A program made the position numbers and the translations under genes. A stretch of DNA of 20,880 nt from a virus (lineage: Duplodnaviria > Heunggongvirae > Uroviricota > Caudoviricetes): IMG/VR virus record IMGVR_UViG_3300029080_000072; one strand, given 5' to 3'. The notes beneath the pieces were generated by a model, which saw only the letters and a program-made list of their open reading frames with translations, searched no databases and had not been told where the DNA came from. Positions 8,968 through 16,034 of the stretch are shown here, piece by piece; position 1 is the stretch's first letter, and the number at the start of each line of letters is the position of its first letter.

Positions 8968-9970
8968 TCCGCTTCATTAGTGGATACCAGCAGTCCAATG
9001 CGGGAGCACCTGTTGGTTCATAATCTCCCCACCAAAAAGCCAGCGGCACATTATTCGGGCAATTTCGATAAGTAAATGTTGTTCCCCCAAAACCCAAACC
9101 GTCAAAAGTAGAAAAACCTAGAGGTTTGAGCACCTCACTAGGGGTTTTCCTGTGCAGCAAGATATTAAAGCCGACTTTAGTAAGGATAGATTCGAAACGA
9201 TCCCTTGAGGCTTCATTTCTAAAACTATCAGAAGAGGCATATCCATCTCTGAATACGCCTTTGTAAAGCTCACACTCCTCGAATTTCTCGGGAGTATCTA
9301 CACTATATTTCCTTGGCCAGAAAACACCTGATTGAGCAGAACGACTTTTTCGGTTTTCAACCTCACGCATACCACCATTCTTCACGTGTACAAAAATGTT
9401 TCTATCCTTAAAAATATATTCTAATCGTCTTTTTATATTATAGTCAGATAACGTATGAGATGAAAAAAAATATACATTGAATTTAATATCTCTTAAATTA
9501 AATTTTAAAACAAAATTACTTATCGATTTGATGGCCTTTTCTCCTGAAAACGACACATCATCAATATATACAAATGTATCAAATTTATTTACTTCATCTT
9601 GAGTTGATGATTCAGTAACGATGTTAAATTTGATCCCTACTGTTTCATAAAGAGATTTAAGCAATTCCTTCTGACTAGAACCTTTTTTTTGAATATCTAA
9701 AAAACCTGCATATCTGAAGAATTTCGCGTTCTTTTCACTTCTTGCAATGGCTTTTATTTTTCGTTGATATTGACTTTCGGATAGGTAACCTGCATTAAGT
9801 AGATAAAGCGTTTCATCTAAGATAAATCGTCTATCCTCCACTGCAAATTGCTTAATCCATTTGCTGACATGTTCAGAGTTCATACCTTCAGCCGGAGGAT
9901 ATTTATAATCGCTCAACTTTTCAGCAATTTTATTGATTACTTTTTCACCAGATAAAATATTCGAGGACAT
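8939..9970 (-). CDS. Unassigned 343-aa protein (AT-rich cargo gene); weak PRTase-like DD motif; function unknown
   Basis: Uninterrupted ORF with AGGA 8 nt upstream of the ATG; FVYIDDVSFSGEKA resembles a type-I phosphoribosyltransferase PRPP motif; Trp/Gly-rich C-terminus; no family I recognise. Confidence 0.7.
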   Translation of the reverse strand: MSSNILSGEKVINKIAEKLSDYKYPPAEGMNSEHVSKWIKQFAVEDRRFILDETLYLLNAGYLSESQYQRKIKAIARSEKNAKFFRYAGFLDIQKKGSSQKELLKSLYETVGIKFNIVTESSTQDEVNKFDTFVYIDDVSFSGEKAIKSISNFVLKFNLRDIKFNVYFFSSHTLSDYNIKRRLEYIFKDRNIFVHVKNGGMREVENRKSRSAQSGVFWPRKYSVDTPEKFEECELYKGVFRDGYASSDSFRNEASRDRFESILTKVGFNILLHRKTPSEVLKPLGFSTFDGLGFGGTTFTYRNCPNNVPLAFWWGDYEPTGAPALDCWYPLMKRNGYNEWYEL

Positions 9971-10181
9971 AAAAATTCCTTTTCACAACACAGAATCTAA
10001 AAAATAAGAATACTTTTATTTATTTCAAGTATAGACCGTATATTCAACTACTTTTTTTTATAGTAGGGAGATACCGATCACAATTTTTAGATATCTAATG
10101 TGATGGTTTAATAACCAGCAGTCTTACGTGTTAATTCACGTAAAAAAACTCATCAAACCTTCCTCTTTTCAGTTAATTCTT
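9971..10181 (-). promoter_or_regulatory. AT-rich upstream region of the cargo cassette with a TACGTG-N6-CACGTA palindrome (10125-10142)
   Basis: ~210 bp, very AT-rich, between the methyltransferase stop and the cassette start; the palindrome is followed by an A7 run. Confidence 0.35.
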
Positions 10182-10766
10182 TTAAGAATAAACATCAGTA
10201 ACTCGGGCCGGGCTTAATGCTACGGTTGGCGAATCACACTTGTTTCCCCATACGTCGAAACCGTGGGAGGATTTACGCGCAAAGAGCTCAATACGTGGAA
10301 GATTACCCAGCAACCGAACCAGCATTTCACGCACGCAGTCTGGTTTACGTGAGTGCTCATGTCGCGGCGAGGTGTAGTGCTGGATGATCGAGGCGTCCTG
10401 CTGTGGTGCCCGCTTACCCTTTACCGCGAAAAGACAATCTTCACGGTTCGCCCGGATCAGGTGTCCCATTCCCATCGCCGATTTGTCAGTTTGCTTCGGG
10501 TAGGTTTTATCCCAAGTGAAACCTTTCATTGTGATCAGGCGAAATCCCCAGGCATCGACGACTTTCATCGCCTCGAACGTTTGAGTTGGCAACCACCACA
10601 TCGCCAGCTGGCAGCTTTCTGCAACCCGCTCCCTTACTGGCAGCCAGCAGATATCCTGCACCGTCATAACCAAGTATTTATGCCCGGTGCCACGCTTACC
10701 AGAATTGCATTTATCCTCGTACGTCCAGGGCGGATCCGCTTAGATCAACGTGTATTTCTTGTTCAT
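10182..10766 (-). pseudogene. Dam-like N6-adenine DNA methyltransferase (DPPW motif) interrupted by an in-frame TAA at codon 9
   Basis: Minus strand from ATG 10766 reads MNKKYTLI-TAA-ADPPWTYEDKCNSGKRGTGHKYLVMTVQDICWLP...; the stop (10742-10740) sits where intact homologs, as I remember them, have Tyr in LIYADPPW. Confidence 0.75.
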
Positions 10767-10768
10767 GG

Positions 10769-11455
10769 TTAAATAAATCCGACTGCTTTACGCGCTTTGT
10801 ATTGCTCAAGCAAAAGCTGAGCGGGAGTCGGCCCGGGCACGTGGCGCGGAGCCGAGATTTGTTTTCTGACCGGAGGGATTGGTTTGCCCTCACTGACGCG
10901 CTTCTCCCACATGTCCAGCAGGTCACCAGCCTCGCATGCCAGCTCGCCATGCGTTAACTGGCGCTCAATGCTACGGTGGCGCAGTTCGACGCAGATGTGG
11001 TACATGACAGGCTGTGACCACGGGAAATGCTCGCTGGAAGTGAATTCGAAGGAACGATTACGCCAATCCCAGTATTCGGTTATGACTTGGTCAACAGTGA
11101 TACCTAACGCCCCGCCACTCTGCTTACACCACGCTACGAACTGGCCGGGCGACGGCAGGAATGGTCGCTCCTGTCGGCGGGCCACGCGCATTCCGGCGTT
11201 AACCTGCTCCATAGTGGTAATTCCATTTTCACGGAAAGCCATAACCCACTGACGGCGGATTTCGTTCAGCTCGTTCTGGTCGCGGTTCGCGAGGCTTGCC
11301 GGAAATGTCGCAAGCAGCTGGCTGAACACACCGTTGATGATCTGCGCCACCTGCTGCACCTGCGGCTTTTCGTCGTATTGTTCCGGCATGTTGTTGGCGA
11401 TTCGACGCATCTGCTCACGGTCAAAGTTAATCATCTGCGCGGCAATATTTTTCAT
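10769..11455 (-). CDS. P: Replication protein P (helicase loader); lambda-like N-terminal half, divergent C-terminal half
   Basis: MKNIAAQMINFDREQMRRIANNMPEQYDEKPQVQQVAQIINGVFSQLLATFPASLANRDQNE... near-identical to lambda P over ~110 aa. Confidence 0.9.
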   Translation of the reverse strand: MKNIAAQMINFDREQMRRIANNMPEQYDEKPQVQQVAQIINGVFSQLLATFPASLANRDQNELNEIRRQWVMAFRENGITTMEQVNAGMRVARRQERPFLPSPGQFVAWCKQSGGALGITVDQVITEYWDWRNRSFEFTSSEHFPWSQPVMYHICVELRHRSIERQLTHGELACEAGDLLDMWEKRVSEGKPIPPVRKQISAPRHVPGPTPAQLLLEQYKARKAVGFI

Positions 11456-12381
11456 AGCTCCACCCCGTAAATCCAGTCAGTGTTTGTCAGGTCGAGTTTT
11501 GGTTTGCTGGCAGTCACACCAGCCTGTTGCTTGTTACGGTTGATTTCGAGTTGGGTCCACTTGTCGCGGAGTTTGGCCGGACTTAGCACGTTACCGGACC
11601 AGAAGTTGTCCTGGCATGCCCAGCGGAACAGCACGCACATGTCGCGGTGGTTACGTCCGTCACGTTCACGCATCAGGCGGATATCGTTAGCCCACCCTGC
11701 AAAATTCGGTTTTCTGGCTGATGGCGCGATGGTCTTCACCATGTCAAACATCCACTCTGCGGCGGTCAGGTCTTCTGCTGTCCCCCACCTGCTGCCGCTC
11801 TGAATTGCAGCATCTGGTTTCTCCACAGGAAGATCGTTTTCTGGTTGGTCAGAGGATTCGCCAGAATTCTCGGACGAAAAAGGTTTTATATTGTCTTTTG
11901 TTAGTTTGTCTTTTGTGTTTACCTGATTCGGGTAAACGCCTTTACCTGATTTAGGTAAACTTTTCTTACCTGATTCAGGTAAATTTACCTCTTTCAGGTA
12001 AACTTTATTTTTCTTACCCGATTCGGGTAATGTTGACCATTCACTGACCACATTATTGATGCCGATATTCCGCCCGCTCTGAATAAAAATCCCACGCTTT
12101 ACCAGAACACTTTTTGCAGCAGAACACTTGTGCGGCAATATCCCGGTTAATTCGGAAAGTTGCTCGTTGCTAACCCAATCCAGTTTTTTATTAAAGCCAT
12201 ATGTTTTGCGCATGACAGCCAGAAAGACCAGAAGCTGGTGCTGTGTTAATCCGGCCAGCATCACAGCTTCCAGCAACTCATTTGCAATGCGCGTATAACC
12301 ATCATCGAGATCTGCCACGCGCCGCTCCTTTTGTGCCACATCCGGCACAGGAAAATTGAATATCTCAGCAGTGTTTGCCAT
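11452..12381 (-). CDS. O: Replication initiator protein O
   Basis: C-terminal half matches lambda O (...YSSENSGESSDQPENDL...AAIQSGS.WGTAEDLTAAEWMFDMVKTIAPSARKPNFAGWANDIRLMRERDGRNHRDMCVLFRWACQDNFWSGNVLSPAKLRDKWTQLEINRNKQQAGVTASKPKLDLTNTDWIYGV); start taken as MANTAEIFNF (ATG 12381, GGAGG upstream), lambda O being MTNTAKILNF. Confidence 0.9.
   Translation of the reverse strand: MANTAEIFNFPVPDVAQKERRVADLDDGYTRIANELLEAVMLAGLTQHQLLVFLAVMRKTYGFNKKLDWVSNEQLSELTGILPHKCSAAKSVLVKRGIFIQSGRNIGINNVVSEWSTLPESGKKNKVYLKEVNLPESGKKSLPKSGKGVYPNQVNTKDKLTKDNIKPFSSENSGESSDQPENDLPVEKPDAAIQSGSRWGTAEDLTAAEWMFDMVKTIAPSARKPNFAGWANDIRLMRERDGRNHRDMCVLFRWACQDNFWSGNVLSPAKLRDKWTQLEINRNKQQAGVTASKPKLDLTNTDWIYGVEL
11919..12031. 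repeat. Replication origin iterons (five ~19-bp repeats TTACCTGATTCGGGTAAAC-like) inside O, flanked by an AT-rich segment (11881-11918)
   Basis: Repeats at 11919-11937, 11942-11960, 11966-11984, 11985-12003, 12014-12030; each is internally palindromic (TTACC...GGTAA); the arrangement follows lambda ori. Confidence 0.75.
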
Positions 12382-12467
12382 AATTCCTCCCGCAATGAGT
12401 GTGTTACGATTTGCACCTGAAAGTCGGTTCTGTTCCCGCAGACCGACTTTCGCCATTTTTGAACCTG

Positions 12468-13007
12468 TCATATTGCCCCCAGCATGGTGGTGACCATCGC
12501 CATCAATGGACCAGCCAGATCCGGGTCCACTCGAAACATCGACACAATGCCTTCACTCATCTCCTTCAGTTTCTGGTGGCGTGGTGCGTTGAGAATGACC
12601 GCCTGCTTTGCCTCACAGAGTTCCTTTTCCATTTCAGCCAGCCGAGCCATGAAGCTATCCTGCTCAACCAGGTGGCCGCGATATTCCAGCGGTAGTACCG
12701 CCAGAATTGCCGGGGTCAGTTCACGCACGTTATTTCGGTATTTTTCAGAATCGAATTTGTTATCGAGGAAGCGGAACAGCTTCTGGCGTGCACGGCTGAC
12801 ATCATCAGGGAAATCGATAGTGCCGCCGCCCTGCTCCCGATACTCATTCACAATGAGTGTGGCAACGACATCCTGATTATCTTCAGCCGACCAGGCGCGG
12901 ACGGCATCACGGATTTTTTCGTGGCCTGGCACCTGTTTTGTTTGAGAACGATTTATCACCGCAGTCGGGCTAAATCCGCTAGTCTGTTGGTATGTAAGTG
13001 GTTGCAT
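12468..13007 (-). CDS. cII-position protein, 179 aa, possibly YdaT-family
   Basis: Good Shine-Dalgarno (AAGGAG) and position between cro and O; not lambda CII-like; the LTPAILAVLPLEYR segment resembles what I recall of YdaT-type proteins (weak memory). Confidence 0.5.
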   Translation of the reverse strand: MQPLTYQQTSGFSPTAVINRSQTKQVPGHEKIRDAVRAWSAEDNQDVVATLIVNEYREQGGGTIDFPDDVSRARQKLFRFLDNKFDSEKYRNNVRELTPAILAVLPLEYRGHLVEQDSFMARLAEMEKELCEAKQAVILNAPRHQKLKEMSEGIVSMFRVDPDLAGPLMAMVTTMLGAI

Positions 13008-13076
13008 AATTGACTCCTTTAGTTTGAATTGACTGTTAAGTTGATTGCTTATTGTTAAAGAGCGTGAAATGGAAAT

Positions 13077-13307
13077 TTAAGCTGCGTTCTTTTCGGTGTG
13101 TGGAAACAACTTCGGAAGATCCGGGCGAATCTGGTATGCCTTCACTACTCCACCAGTAGCCGTAACAATGCTGCCGACATGTTCAGGGGATACCTTTGCT
13201 TTGTTGTGAAGCCACTTATAGACGGCCTGCTGTGAAACTTCGCAGGCAGCGCCCAGTTTCTTTTGTGAACCAACGATATTGATCGCTGTTTTGATAGCTG
13301 GATTCAT
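13077..13307 (-). CDS. cro: Cro-like HTH repressor
   Basis: 76 aa, divergent from cI across an operator region; GGAGG 5 nt upstream; GAACEVSQQAVYKW is a helix-turn-helix-like segment. Confidence 0.8.
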   Translation of the reverse strand: MNPAIKTAINIVGSQKKLGAACEVSQQAVYKWLHNKAKVSPEHVGSIVTATGGVVKAYQIRPDLPKLFPHTEKNAA

Positions 13308-13411
13308 AACAACCTCCGTGGTTAATTTGAATCAAGATTAAAACTATGGTTGTTTTTAGTCAACAACCATTTTCGTTTGATGGAATAAAACCTTGGTTGT
13401 ACATTTGGACT
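13308..13411. promoter_or_regulatory. OR region: divergent promoters and operator palindrome ATGGTTGTT-N7-AACAACCAT (13346-13370)
   Basis: Perfect 9-bp inverted arms; further GGTTGT half-site at ~13395; the same AACAAC half-site recurs at OL. Confidence 0.6.
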
Positions 13412-14101
13412 ATGAAAACAACACTCTCAGAAAGACTTAAAGAAGCCAGATTAGCGCGAGGCCTTACACAAAAGGCGCTTGGGGATTTGGTCGGGGTTAG
13501 CCAAGCTGCTATTCAGAAAATCGAAACAGGGAAAGCTAACCAAACAACTAAAATCGTGGAGATCGCGAACGCTTTGGGTGTGCGCGCAGAATGGTTATCT
13601 TCTGGCGTTGGAAATATGTCAGACAGTACAGTGCAACCAATACAATCAACTGTCAGCCATTCCAAATACTTTAAGATTGACGTTCTTGATATAGAAGTGA
13701 GTGCCGGGCCGGGAGTCATCAACCGTGAATTTGTAGAAGTTCTACGCTCGGTTGAGTACTCGTTTGACGATGCTCGTCACATGTTCGATGGCAGGAAGGC
13801 GGAAAATATCCGCATCATTAACGTGCGTGGTGACAGCATGTCAGGAACGATCGAACCAGGTGATCTGCTGTTCGTTGATATCACGGTTAAATCTTTCGAC
13901 GGTGATGGTATCTATGCGTTTCTGTACGACGACACAGCCCATGTAAAGCGCCTGCAAATGATGAAAGATAAGCTACTGGTTATCTCTGATAACAAGAGCT
14001 ACTCACCGTGGGACCCGATCGAGAAAGACGAGATGAACCGGGTGTTCATTTTCGGGAAGGTTATTGGCAGTATGCCGCAGACGTATAGGAAACACGGATA
14101 A
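13412..14101 (+). CDS. cI: CI repressor (XRE-type HTH + LexA/S24-like autocleavage domain)
   Basis: MKTTLSERLKEARLARGLTQKALGDLVGVSQAAIQKIETGK... then a C-terminal S24-like region; the tracked ORF start at 13346 lies inside the operator, so it could alternatively be a leaderless start. Confidence 0.9.
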   Translation: MKTTLSERLKEARLARGLTQKALGDLVGVSQAAIQKIETGKANQTTKIVEIANALGVRAEWLSSGVGNMSDSTVQPIQSTVSHSKYFKIDVLDIEVSAGPGVINREFVEVLRSVEYSFDDARHMFDGRKAENIRIINVRGDSMSGTIEPGDLLFVDITVKSFDGDGIYAFLYDDTAHVKRLQMMKDKLLVISDNKSYSPWDPIEKDEMNRVFIFGKVIGSMPQTYRKHG

Positions 14102-14180
14102 TCAGCTGCGTGCTGATGAGGCTTTTGGGTAATGCGCTGAAAGAATTCTTTATAAAAATAACATTACGGGAAAGGCAAAA

Positions 14181-14450
14181 ATGAGTGATAAAAAACTTAT
14201 AAAAAAATCAAATAACTGTGTAGATGCATATGCTGATGCATTTGGATATTCATCTTTTGGGGAAGATGACGATCGCTTAGGCTCCATATCTTTCTTTCAG
14301 CATGTTACAGAATGGGGCGCTGATGGTAGTAATGACACTGAAAACGTAAAGTACAACATTGCAACAATTCGCATGACGGAAGATTTAATGCTTAAACTCG
14401 CTGACTTTATTCGCGATCAGCATGATAGAGCTAAAACCAATAAGTCATAA
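14181..14450 (+). CDS. Hypothetical acidic 89-aa protein, first gene of cI-linked cassette
   Basis: ORF with GGGAAAGG Shine-Dalgarno; AT-rich; no family recognised. Confidence 0.55.
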   Translation: MSDKKLIKKSNNCVDAYADAFGYSSFGEDDDRLGSISFFQHVTEWGADGSNDTENVKYNIATIRMTEDLMLKLADFIRDQHDRAKTNKS

Positions 14451-14458
14451 TATTAACA

Positions 14459-14899
14459 ATGAAACACGGTTATTACGAAGCTCCAAACCTAACTGAAAAG
14501 CTTGAACAAGCGGCAAGATCATCATCTTTGCACACTGCAGCATTTTCTCAATCAGCTGGTATGTCTGGCGGTAATGTACCTATGCTACAATCAAGTGGTA
14601 GCGGTGGCTCTGGGAGTAATAATGTGCTTGAATCGAAAGTTGCAAAGCTTGAGTCTGATGTGTCCTATATCCGACGTGACGTTGATGAGCTTAAGACAGA
14701 TGTCAAATCTATCGACAGAAACATGATCGCTGTTCTGGAGCGACTCGATTCAATAAAAGATTCACTAGCCAAAAAACCCTCCATCGATGCTGTCGATAGA
14801 AAGATTTCAGACGCAAAGCTTGCGGTATTGCTTGGTGTTCCAGCAATCATCGCTGCAGGAACAGGTCTTTATAAGCTATCAATGTACTTTTTTCTTTAG
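14459..14899 (+). CDS. Coiled-coil protein with C-terminal transmembrane anchor (possibly XhlA-like), second gene of cI-linked cassette
   Basis: Heptad-like segment LESKVAKLESDVSYIRRDVDELKTDVKSIDRNMIAVLERLDSIKDSL and hydrophobic tail LAVLLGVPAIIAAGTGLYKLSMYFFL; starts 8 nt after the previous stop. Confidence 0.55.
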   Translation: MKHGYYEAPNLTEKLEQAARSSSLHTAAFSQSAGMSGGNVPMLQSSGSGGSGSNNVLESKVAKLESDVSYIRRDVDELKTDVKSIDRNMIAVLERLDSIKDSLAKKPSIDAVDRKISDAKLAVLLGVPAIIAAGTGLYKLSMYFFL

Positions 14900-14976
14900 T
14901 GCTTAAGAAACTGCTCGCCACCTTGCATTACGCAAAGCGATTTTTCATTCCCTATTACCCTTTCTTATCCATCTAA

Positions 14977-15004
14977 ACCCGGCCCCAGTGCCGGGTTTTC
15001 TTTT
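14977..15004 (+). terminator. Rho-independent terminator ending the cI operon
   Basis: acccggc-cccagt-gccgggt hairpin followed by tttcttttg. Confidence 0.65.
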
Positions 15005-15099
15005 GCCTCCCCTCATCACACAAACCGTTCAAAAAACCACCACGACCTCGCTTCAGTTATCGCTATGCGATGCAAGTCACAAAATAAATCCATCTTAAA

Positions 15100-15175
15100 T
15101 ACAACCAGTTATATCTAAAACAACCAATAAAACAACTTTTGTTGTTGCCGATAAAACAACTATAGTTTTAAATGA
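15100..15175 (+). promoter_or_regulatory. OL/PL region: AACAAC-repeat operators incl. palindrome AACAACTTTTGTTGTT (15131-15146); candidate PL (-35 TTGCCG 15145-15150, -10 TTAAAT 15168-15173)
   Basis: Several AACAAC half-sites matching the OR palindrome; promoter hexamers with 17-nt spacer. Confidence 0.5.
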
Positions 15176-15246
15176 ATTCATCGCAACAACACAACGATAC
15201 GGCAATCACCTGATTCACCGTTGCGATGACCGCTTAGATCCGCAGC

Positions 15247-15657
15247 TTGAATTTCAGCAGGCTCCGGGGAGTGCGAGGGGTGAAGCGGACGCGTGAACGT
15301 CGGTGTGACCAGCTGAAATCAACTCAACACTTCATACCTCAGTCGCTTCAACGAGGCGACTTAGTTATGACAACCGGCGGCCATCCACCGCCTGAATACG
15401 CGCAGAAGTCTCTATATGTTCAGCAGCCCAGCTTACGGGCAGGAGTTTTTATGGTTCATCAACATTACGGAACGCAGACCGTTAATCGAGGTGCGGTCAT
15501 GCCAGGAATGCTGGTCAAACACAAAGATGGTACCTGGACTGCATCAGCTAATTTACGCGGACGGCTATATCTGCATCGCGGCATCGAGCGCACTTATACC
15601 CGTGATTTGCTCGTGGAAGTTTTTCTCGACGGACGCGGTAACGGCCTGAATCACTAA
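15247..15657 (+). CDS. First early-left ORF (N position); hypothetical, start uncertain (TTG 15247, GTG 15271/15280 or ATG 15367)
   Basis: The reading frame contains an Arg-rich segment [14 protein letters not shown] resembling the N arginine-rich motif (lambda TRRRERR); the rest is not recognisably N-like. Confidence 0.4.
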   Translation: MNFSRLRGVRGVKRTRERRCDQLKSTQHFIPQSLQRGDLVMTTGGHPPPEYAQKSLYVQQPSLRAGVFMVHQHYGTQTVNRGAVMPGMLVKHKDGTWTASANLRGRLYLHRGIERTYTRDLLVEVFLDGRGNGLNH

Positions 15658-15732
15658 TCCCCTTTCCTGTTTTCCTAATCAGCCTGGCATTTCGCGGGCG
15701 ATATTTTCACAGCCATTTTCAGGAGTTCAGCC

Positions 15733-16029
15733 ATGAACGCTTATTACATTCAGGATCGTCTTGAGGCTCAGAGCTGGGCACGTCACTACCAGCAGATCGC
15801 CCGTGAAGAGAAAGAGGCAGAACTGGCAGACGACATGGAAAAAGGCCTGCCCCAGCACCTGTTTGAATCGCTATGCATCGATCATTTGCAACGCCACGGG
15901 GCCAGCAAAAAAGCCATTACCCGTGCGTTTGATGACGATGTTGAGTTTCAGGAGCGCATGGCAGAACACATCCGGTACATGGTTGAAATCATTGCTCACC
16001 ACCAGTTTGATATTGATTCAGAGGTATAA
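15733..16029 (+). CDS. gam: Gam, host RecBCD inhibitor (short GamS-length form)
   Basis: [60 protein letters not shown]... near-identical to lambda Gam residues 41-138; an in-frame stop 19 codons upstream rules out the long form; AGGAG precedes the ATG. Confidence 0.9.
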   Translation: MNAYYIQDRLEAQSWARHYQQIAREEKEAELADDMEKGLPQHLFESLCIDHLQRHGASKKAITRAFDDDVEFQERMAEHIRYMVEIIAHHQFDIDSEV

Positions 16030-16034
16030 AACGG

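Noticed and set aside
10711-10950. 79-aa minus-strand ORF
   Set aside because: Out-of-frame overlap of the P 3' end and the methyltransferase 5' end; no independent support.
11919-12031. Possible CRISPR-like repeat array
   Set aside because: Only five imperfect, internally palindromic repeats with short variable spacing, inside the O gene; this is the replication origin iteron cluster.
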